64,000 nucleotides of DNA from positions 301 to 64,300 of the forward strand of contig CAYUXZ010000006.1 in the NCBI GenBank assembly GCA_964449135.1, written 5' to 3'. The DNA comes from an uncultured Gammaproteobacteria bacterium (GTDB taxonomy: Bacteria > Pseudomonadota > Gammaproteobacteria > Xanthomonadales > Xanthomonadaceae). Numbering within the stretch: the first letter of the stretch is position 1; each line of letters starts with the position of its first letter. Shown one piece after another: positions 57,579 to 64,000 of the stretch. The notes under the pieces were generated by a model. That model saw only the letters and a program-made list of their open reading frames with translations. It had not been told where the DNA came from and searched no databases. The position numbers were made by a program, and so were the translations under genes.

Positions 57579-58679
57579 TCACAGGCGCAGCGGCATGACA
57601 ACGTGGCGGCAACGGTCGTTAGAGGCTTCGCGGAGCAGGGCGCTGGAATTGGCGTCGCGCAAGGCGATCAACACCGTCTCTTCGCGCAGCGCGCTGAGTG
57701 CATCGAGCAGGTACGTCACATTGAAACCGACCGCGAGTCCATCCACCTTGGTGTCCGCCTCGACCTCTTCCTGAGCTTCTTCCTGCTCGGGGTTGTGCGC
57801 GACCAGCAGCATCTGTCCCGGGCTGACTTCGATCTTCACGCCGCGGTATTTTTCGTTCGACAGGATCGCCGCGCGCTGCAAGGACGAGCGCAGGGCTTCG
57901 CGATCCACCCGAACTTCCTTGTCGGCGCCGATCGGGATCACCGCATCGTAATCGGGGAAACGGCCGTCGATCAGCTTGGATGTGAAGGTGACATCCTCGC
58001 GGCGCAGGCGCAGGTGGTTGCGTCCGACTTCGAGCTCGACCTCGCGATCGCCGCCTTCGAGCAGGCGCTGAAGCTCCAGCACGCCCTTGCGCGGCACGAT
58101 GATCTGCTTGCGCGACTGCGCGCCGGCGGGAAGCTGCGCCTCACACAGCGCCAACCGGTGGCCGTCGGTCGCCACGCAGCGCAAGGCCTTCTCGCGCAAG
58201 TCCAGCAGCAGGCCGTTGAGGTAGTAACGCACGTCCTGTTGCGCCATTGCGAACGCGGTGCGCTCGATCAATTCCTTGAGCGCTGCTTCGGGCACGCGGA
58301 TGCGCTCGACCAGATCGATATCCTCGATCGCCGGAAATTCGTTCGGCGCGAGTGCGGCGAGGGTGAACCGACTGCGTCCTGCCTGGACGGTGATCTTGTC
58401 GTCAACCTGCGACAACGCAACCTTGCTCCCGTCGGGCAGGGCACGGACGATCTCGAACAACTTGCGCGCAGGGATCGTGGTTTCACCGTCCCGCGCATCA
58501 TCCACTGCAGTTCGCGCAACCATTTCGACCTCGAGGTCGGTTCCGGTCAGCGACAACTGCCCGTCCTTGACGACCGCAAGCAGGTTCGCGAGCACCGGCA
58601 AGGTGTGCCGACGCTCGACGACGTTAACGACTTGCTGGAGCGGCTTGAGCAGAGCTTCTCGCTGAAGGGAAAAACGCAT
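57579..58679 (-). CDS. dnaN: DNA polymerase III beta sliding clamp
   Basis: 366 aa from the ATG at 58679. MRFSLQREALLKPLQQVVNVVERRHTLPVLANLL. Confidence 0.97.
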   Translation of the reverse strand: MRFSLQREALLKPLQQVVNVVERRHTLPVLANLLAVVKDGQLSLTGTDLEVEMVARTAVDDARDGETTIPARKLFEIVRALPDGSKVALSQVDDKITVQAGRSRFTLAALAPNEFPAIEDIDLVERIRVPEAALKELIERTAFAMAQQDVRYYLNGLLLDLREKALRCVATDGHRLALCEAQLPAGAQSRKQIIVPRKGVLELQRLLEGGDREVELEVGRNHLRLRREDVTFTSKLIDGRFPDYDAVIPIGADKEVRVDREALRSSLQRAAILSNEKYRGVKIEVSPGQMLLVAHNPEQEEAQEEVEADTKVDGLAVGFNVTYLLDALSALREETVLIALRDANSSALLREASNDRCRHVVMPLRL

Positions 58680-58833
58680 GTGCGGCCCCAAGATTTGTTT
58701 GGTGTAAAGAATAAGGATCTGACTGCGGTGGAGACGGAACCATCGCTGGAAAACACGATTAACGCTTTGATTTATAAGAATTTATTCAATCTGAAAACGC
58801 TGTGCATGTGATTTGCACTCATGGGGGAAACTC

Positions 58834-58842
58834 TGTGGACAA
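58834..58842. promoter_or_regulatory. DnaA box (8/9)
   Basis: TGTGGACAA versus TGTGGATAA. Confidence 0.55.
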
Positions 58843-58869
58843 AATTTCGTCGCCGGACAGTCCCACAAG

Positions 58870-58878
58870 CTATCCACA
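58870..58878. promoter_or_regulatory. DnaA box (8/9)
   Basis: CTATCCACA versus TTATCCACA, immediately after the dnaA stop. Confidence 0.55.
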
Positions 58879-58880
58879 GC

Positions 58881-60200
58881 TTATTCGGTCAGCTTGCGAA
58901 TCAATTTCTCCCAGTCCTCGCGCAGCTTGCCGTCCGAAGCGATCAACTCCCGTACCTTGCTGCAGGCATGCAAAACGGTCGTATGGTCGCGCCCTCCGAA
59001 CTTGTCGCCGATCTCCGGCAGGCTGTGCTCGGTGAGTTCCTTGGCCAGCGCCATCGCGATCTGCCGTGGTCTGGCGATCGAACGGGTGCGCTTCTTGGAC
59101 GTCATCTCCCCCAACCGCAGCTGGTAGTAGTCTGCCACGGTCTTCTGGATGTTTTCGATGGAAATCGCCTGCTGCTGCGCGCGCAGCAGGTCGCGCAGGG
59201 TGTCCTGGGCGAATTCGACGGTGATCGCGCGGCCGGTGAAGTTCGCGCGCGCGGTCAGCGTGTTGAGCGCGCCTTCCAGGTCGCGCACGTTCGAGCGCAT
59301 CCGCTTGGCGATCAGGAACGCCACGTCTTCGGGAATCGGCGCGCCGCGCTCGCGCGATTTCGACAGCACGATCTGCGCGCGGGTCTCGAAGTCGGGCGGA
59401 TCGATCGCGACCGCCAACCCCCAGCCCAGCCGAGACTTCAGCCGCGGTTCCAGGCCTTCGACTTCGCGCGGATAACGATCGCAGGTCAGGATGATCTGCT
59501 GCTTGCCGTCGATGAGGGCGTTGAACGTGTGGAAAAACTCCTCCTGCGTACGGTCCTTGCCCGCGAAGAACTGGACGTCGTCGATCAGCAGCGCGTCGAG
59601 CTGCTGGAACTGGCGCTTGAACTGATCCATCGCATTCTCGACCAAGGCCTTGCGCATCGCCGAGAAGAATTGTTCGGAGCGCAGGTAGAGCACCTTGGCG
59701 GCAGGATTGCGGCTGCGCATCAGGTTGCCCGCGGCGAACATCAGGTGGGTCTTGCCCAGGCCGGTGCCGCCGTAGAGGAGCAGCGGATTGCGCTCGCGGT
59801 CGCCGGGCAGCTGTGCGACCTGCAACGCGGCGGCGCGGCCGAGCTGGTTGGATCGGCCCTCGACGAAATTGTCGAAGGTGTAATGCGGATCGAGCGTCGA
59901 GGGGTAGGCCGATTCGGGCAGTTTCGGCGCGTTGCCCGCCGAAACGACCGCGGGTGCGCGTGCCAGCGCGCCGACCTCCACGCGGACGGTGATCGCGGTT
60001 CCCGCGAAATGGCCAGCGAGTTCACGGATGCGCGGCAGATGCCGCGTGCGCACCTCATCTACGACATACGCATTGGGCGCGTACAGGGTCAGCCGATCCT
60101 CGCGCGCGTCGGCCTGCAGCGGCTTGAGCCAGGTATGCACGTCTTCGGCGGGCAACTCGGCCTCGAGGCGTTCCAGGCAGCGGGACCAGACTGAGAGCAT
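58881..60200 (-). CDS. dnaA: chromosomal replication initiator DnaA
   Basis: 439 aa. [52 protein letters not shown]-terminal [11 protein letters not shown]. Confidence 0.97.
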   Translation of the reverse strand: MLSVWSRCLERLEAELPAEDVHTWLKPLQADAREDRLTLYAPNAYVVDEVRTRHLPRIRELAGHFAGTAITVRVEVGALARAPAVVSAGNAPKLPESAYPSTLDPHYTFDNFVEGRSNQLGRAAALQVAQLPGDRERNPLLLYGGTGLGKTHLMFAAGNLMRSRNPAAKVLYLRSEQFFSAMRKALVENAMDQFKRQFQQLDALLIDDVQFFAGKDRTQEEFFHTFNALIDGKQQIILTCDRYPREVEGLEPRLKSRLGWGLAVAIDPPDFETRAQIVLSKSRERGAPIPEDVAFLIAKRMRSNVRDLEGALNTLTARANFTGRAITVEFAQDTLRDLLRAQQQAISIENIQKTVADYYQLRLGEMTSKKRTRSIARPRQIAMALAKELTEHSLPEIGDKFGGRDHTTVLHACSKVRELIASDGKLREDWEKLIRKLTE

Positions 60201-60372
60201 GGGACAGGAAGGTCTCGCTGGGCGACGCGGGCGTCGCCATCGGAATCCACGGGAATGGCAGGAAGTCTAACCGTGCAGCGCGGAGGCTGCCAAGCACGCC
60301 GAACTTGCGTGCGAACACGCCAAGACGCTAGAATTACCGGTTCTACTCAACGCATTGCTCCGGAGCGCCGCG

Positions 60373-60513
60373 ATGGCCACCAAGCGCACCTATCAACCCA
60401 GCAACCTCAAGCGCAAGCGCGACCACGGTTTTCGTGCGCGCATGAAGACCGCCGACGGCCGCAAGATCCTCGCACGCCGCCGAGCCAAGGGCCGCGCGCG
60501 CCTCGCCGTCTGA
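60373..60513 (+). CDS. rpmH: 50S ribosomal protein L34
   Basis: Own translation: [46 protein letters not shown] (46 aa). Too short for the ORF track. Confidence 0.95.
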   Translation: MATKRTYQPSNLKRKRDHGFRARMKTADGRKILARRRAKGRARLAV

Positions 60514-60548
60514 TCGCGTTGCAAGGCGACTTCCGTCGCCGACCCGCC

Positions 60549-60995
60549 ATGATCGCAGGCCGCGCCGCCACGTTTCCGCGCCGCGCCCGTCTGCTGACAC
60601 CCGGGCAATTCAAGGGAGTCCTCGCCCAGGGCCGCCGCATCAGCGCGGCCCTGTTTCGTTTGCAGGTGCGCGCGCCTTGCGGCGGCTCGGACGAGAATGG
60701 CGCCGATGCGGTTTCGATCGCGCGGCTGGGCATCACCGTTTCCAAACGCGTTTCGCCGCTTGCCGTGCGGCGCAATCGGATCAAGCGCCTCGTGCGCGAA
60801 GGTTTCCGCCGGCAACGCGCGCAATTGCCGCCAGGAGACTATGTGCTGCAGGCGCAGCGCGCCGCTGCCACGGCGACATCCGAAGCGATTCGCGCCGAAC
60901 TCGACGGACTGTGGCGACGCGCGGGCGCGTTGAAGCCAGAGCCTCCTGCCCCCACAATGCCGACGCGCGCTTCACGCGGCGATAACTCCCACTGA
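60549..60995 (+). CDS. rnpA: ribonuclease P protein component
   Basis: 148 aa from the ATG at 60549. RLLTPGQFKGV, LGITVSKRVSPLAVRRNRIKRLVRE (RNR motif). Position after rpmH. Confidence 0.9.
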   Translation: MIAGRAATFPRRARLLTPGQFKGVLAQGRRISAALFRLQVRAPCGGSDENGADAVSIARLGITVSKRVSPLAVRRNRIKRLVREGFRRQRAQLPPGDYVLQAQRAAATATSEAIRAELDGLWRRAGALKPEPPAPTMPTRASRGDNSH

Positions 60996-61038
60996 TCAAC
61001 CCACCGGGCCGCCAGGTTCGGCTCGACGGCGCTTCCCA

Positions 61039-62739
61039 ATGAATCAAACCCGCACCTTCCTGCTCGTCGCCTGGTTCGCCCTGGCTTTCCTGCTCTGGCA
61101 GGACTGGCAGCAGGATCATGCCGCGCCGGCGGCTGTCGCGAACGCTACGGCGGTGAATGCGAATGCGATTCCGGGCGCGAATGCGTCCGTGCCCACGGCA
61201 GCGCCCGCGGCGAACTCCGCCAATGCAACACCTGCGATGCCGCCGCCAGCGATCGCATCGACGCTACCGAGTGCGCCGCCGGTGTTGCTCGGCAGCGACG
61301 TGCTGCGCCTGCGCATCGATCCGCGCGGCGCGAGCGTGATCGGCGCCGATCTGCTCGCCTACGGGCAGACGAATGAACGCGGCAGTCCTCCGGTCACCTT
61401 GCTCGACTTTGATGCCGCGCATCTGTTCGTCGTCGAATCCGGCCTGGTCAGCGCGAACAACGCGCCCGCGCCCAACCACCTGAGCGTGTTCCAGGTCGAA
61501 GGCGGCGCTGGCGAAAAAGCACTGGCCAGCGGCGCCGAAAGTATTTCGCAATCCTTCGTGTGGACCGACGCAGGCGGAATGCAGGTGCGCAAGAGCTACA
61601 CCCTGCATCGCGGCAGCTATGTGATCGAGGTGCGCGAGCAGATCCGCAACGGCGGCACAGGCGCATGGGTCGGCAACACCTATCGCCAGTTGCGACGCGT
61701 GCCGCCGATCTACAAGAAGAACGGCGGCCTGACCAATCCCGAGTCCTACAGCTTTGCGGGCGCGGCGTGGTACAGCCCGGAAGACAAGTTCGAGAAGCGC
61801 GCGTTCGACAAGTTCGGCCAAGCGCTCGACAAGACCGTGACCGGCGGCTGGGTCGCGATGCTGCAGCATTATTTTCTTGCCGCCTGGATTCCGAATTCCG
61901 GTGAGCCCTCGCGTTTCACGGTAGACACCTCGATCGATCGCGGGCAGACGACCTATCTGGTGCGCGAGCAAGGCCCGCAATTCAAGCTCGCGCCAGGTGC
62001 GACGGCAGTCGAAACGGCGCGGTTGTATGTTGGTCCGAAACTGCAGAACACCTTGCCGGGAATTGCGCCCGGGCTGGACCTGACCGTGGATTACGGCATG
62101 TTCACCGTGATCGCGCAGCCGCTGTACTGGCTGTTGTCCAAGCTGCATTGGCTGATCGGCAATTGGGGCTGGGCGATTGTCGCGCTGGTGCTGGGGATCA
62201 AGCTCGCGATGTACAAGCTCTCCGAGGCGCAGTACCGCAACATGGCGAAGATGCGCGCGCTGCAGCCGCGGCTGGAGGCGCTCAAGGAGCGCTACGGCGA
62301 CGACAAGCAGCAGTACCAGATGGCGATGCTGGAGTTCTACAAGAAGGAGAAGATCAATCCGGCCGGCGGCTGCCTGCCGATGCTGATCCCGATCCCGGTG
62401 TTCCTCGCGCTGTACTGGGTATTGCTCGAAAGCGTGGAGCTGCGCCACGCGCCGTGGATGGGCTGGATCCACAGCCTCAGCGACAAAGATCCGTATTTCG
62501 TGCTGCCCGCGTTGTACATGGCGGTGATGTACCTCACCCAGCGGCTGTCGCCGACGCCGGGCATGGATCCGATGCAGCGCAAGATGCTGCAGTTCATGCC
62601 GCTGACCTTCGGCGTGATGTTCGCCTTCTTTCCCGCGGGGCTGGTGCTGTACTGGGTGACCAACGGATCGCTGGGCCTGCTGCAGCAGTGGTGGCTGATG
62701 CGCCAGCACGGCGCGCCGGTCGCGGCGTCGCGCGCGTGA
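61039..62739 (+). CDS. yidC: membrane protein insertase YidC
   Basis: 566 aa. MNQTRTFLLVAWFALAFLLW, large periplasmic domain, GWAIVALVLGIKLAMYKLS, NPAGGCLPMLIPIPVFLALY. Confidence 0.95.
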   Translation: MNQTRTFLLVAWFALAFLLWQDWQQDHAAPAAVANATAVNANAIPGANASVPTAAPAANSANATPAMPPPAIASTLPSAPPVLLGSDVLRLRIDPRGASVIGADLLAYGQTNERGSPPVTLLDFDAAHLFVVESGLVSANNAPAPNHLSVFQVEGGAGEKALASGAESISQSFVWTDAGGMQVRKSYTLHRGSYVIEVREQIRNGGTGAWVGNTYRQLRRVPPIYKKNGGLTNPESYSFAGAAWYSPEDKFEKRAFDKFGQALDKTVTGGWVAMLQHYFLAAWIPNSGEPSRFTVDTSIDRGQTTYLVREQGPQFKLAPGATAVETARLYVGPKLQNTLPGIAPGLDLTVDYGMFTVIAQPLYWLLSKLHWLIGNWGWAIVALVLGIKLAMYKLSEAQYRNMAKMRALQPRLEALKERYGDDKQQYQMAMLEFYKKEKINPAGGCLPMLIPIPVFLALYWVLLESVELRHAPWMGWIHSLSDKDPYFVLPALYMAVMYLTQRLSPTPGMDPMQRKMLQFMPLTFGVMFAFFPAGLVLYWVTNGSLGLLQQWWLMRQHGAPVAASRA

Positions 62740-62790
62740 GTTTGCTGTCGCTCGGACTCGCGTAAGCGCAGACGCGCAAGGTTCGGAGTC

Positions 62791-64000
62791 GTGGACGACC
62801 GCGAATCCCGCAGCGAAACCATCGTCGCCATCGCTACCGCGGCAGGCGCGGGCGGCATCGGCATCGTGCGTTTGTCCGGATCGGAGTCGCGAACGATCGC
62901 CGAAGCGATCTGTGGACGGAGGCTTCGTCCGCGCCGCGCGCAGTACGCGCGCTTCCGTGCGGCGGATGATGTGGAGATCGACGACGGCATCGCGCTGTAT
63001 TTTCCCGCGCCGCGTTCCTACACCGGCGAGGACGTCGTCGAGCTGCAGGCGCACGGCAGTCCGATCCTGCTGCAACAAATACAGCAACGCTGCCTGCGGC
63101 TCGGCGCGCGCGCGGCGCGACCGGGCGAATTCACCGAACGCGCGTACCGCAACCACCGGCTCGACCTCGCGCAGGCCGAAGCGGTCGCCGACCTGATCGC
63201 CGCCGGCAGCGAAGCGGCGGCGCGCGCGGCGCGGCGCTCGCTCGACGGCGCGTTCTCGCGACGCGTGGACGCCCTGCTCACGGCGCTCACCGCGTTGCGC
63301 GTGCACGTCGAAGCGGCGATCGATTTTCCCGAAGAGGAAATCGACTTCCTCGCCGATGCGCAGCTGCTGCAGCGGCTCGATGACGTGCTCGCCGAACACG
63401 CGAAACTTCTCGCCGAAGCCGCGCGCGGACAACGGCTGCGCGACGGCTTGCACGTGGTGATCGTCGGCGCGCCCAACGTCGGCAAGTCCAGTCTGCTCAA
63501 CGCGCTCGCCGGCAACGAACGTGCGATCGTCACCGCGGTGCCCGGCACCACCCGCGACCTGTTGCGCGAGACCGTGCGCGTGGACGGCATCGAACTCACC
63601 CTCGTGGACACGGCGGGCCTGCGCGCCAGCGGCGATGCGATCGAGCGCGAAGGCATGCGCCGCGCGCGCGAGGAACTCGCAAAGGCGGACCTGGTGCTCG
63701 CGGTCGTGGATGCGCGCGACGGCGACGACGTGCGCCGCGAACTCGGACACGAACTTGCGGACGTGGCGCAGGTGCTGTGGCTGCACAACAAGGCCGACCT
63801 GCTCGATCCCGCGCGCATCCCCGCGGACGATGCATCGAACCTGTGGCTGTCGGCGCGCAGCGGGCTACGTCTGGATGCCTTGCGCGCGCGGCTGCGCGCG
63901 GCGGCCGGGATCGGCGAAGGCGGGGAGGGCGCATTCAGCGCGCGCGCGCGCCACGTGGACGCGCTGCGCCGGGTCGGCGCGCGCCTGCAAGCCGCAGCGC
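62791..64000 (+). CDS. mnmE: tRNA modification GTPase MnmE (3' end beyond window)
   Basis: Own translation from GTG 62791 (GGAG SD): [30 protein letters not shown]...[14 protein letters not shown]...[18 protein letters not shown]...DTAGLR. Absent from the track because no stop falls in the window. Confidence 0.9.
   Translation, partial: MDDRESRSETIVAIATAAGAGGIGIVRLSGSESRTIAEAICGRRLRPRRAQYARFRAADDVEIDDGIALYFPAPRSYTGEDVVELQAHGSPILLQQIQQRCLRLGARAARPGEFTERAYRNHRLDLAQAEAVADLIAAGSEAAARAARRSLDGAFSRRVDALLTALTALRVHVEAAIDFPEEEIDFLADAQLLQRLDDVLAEHAKLLAEAARGQRLRDGLHVVIVGAPNVGKSSLLNALAGNERAIVTAVPGTTRDLLRETVRVDGIELTLVDTAGLRASGDAIEREGMRRAREELAKADLVLAVVDARDGDDVRRELGHELADVAQVLWLHNKADLLDPARIPADDASNLWLSARSGLRLDALRARLRAAAGIGEGGEGAFSARARHVDALRRVGARLQAAA

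Larger units (their letters stand above)
58680..58880. other. candidate chromosomal origin (oriC) in the dnaA-dnaN spacer
   Basis: 201-bp non-coding spacer, much more AT-rich than its surroundings. AT-rich run CTTTGATTTATAAGAATTTATTCAATCTGAAAAC (58765-58797), one GATC, and two 8/9 DnaA boxes. Confidence 0.5.

Noticed and set aside
60221-60238. 8-bp-stem hairpin GGCGACGC-GG-GCGTCGCC in the dnaA leader
   Set aside because: It is a short GC hairpin of a kind expected by chance in DNA of this composition. There is no supporting motif, so I note it only as context for the oriC discussion.
61264-63786. 840-aa minus-strand ORF
   Set aside because: It is antisense to yidC and mnmE. It has no motifs and an Arg/His/Gln-rich composition.

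Overview
This is a high-GC (roughly two-thirds G+C by eye), densely coding gammaproteobacterial chromosome segment covering the replication-origin neighbourhood. On the right side, rpmH-rnpA-yidC-mnmE read on the + strand. To their left, dnaA-dnaN-recF-gyrB read on the - strand, followed by a TPR gene, tonB, exbB and three exbD genes, which converge on pdxJ. As far as I recall, this order matches Xanthomonadales/Lysobacterales genomes; that is an inference, not a search result.

The rest of the window is core or housekeeping-type content. It includes:
- DNA and RNA functions: recC-recB-recD with ATGA-overlapped junctions, and an rlmI-like methyltransferase.
- Metabolism: phhA, fbp, pdxJ, folE, ggt, uppP, the glnA 5' end with a clear RpoN/NtrC control region, and a fused indolepyruvate:ferredoxin oxidoreductase.
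- Signalling: a REC-EAL plus hybrid kinase (HPt) pair and a propeller/Y_Y_Y-GGDEF protein.
- Envelope proteins, regulators and several proteins of unknown function.

I see no rRNA, tRNA, CRISPR array, transposase, integrase or prophage signal, and no recognisable defence island. The many long Arg/Ala/Gly-rich ORFs in the track are antisense artefacts of the GC content.

I found no convincing novel multi-gene system. The most interesting observations are:
1. A 58-bp AT-rich near-palindrome with face-to-face promoters, lying between a padR-membrane-protein operon and a Ycf46-like AAA+ ATPase.
2. A third, terminator-isolated exbD paralogue.
3. A candidate oriC in the dnaA-dnaN spacer.
4. Three tandem palindromes sharing an arm motif in the protease/recD convergent spacer.
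5. A tightly coupled parA-like/sixA/PLD-lipoprotein gene string.
6. A wHTH-regulated protease with two DTG motifs and a PDZ domain.

All functional calls come from my own recognition of motifs in the translations. No database search was run.
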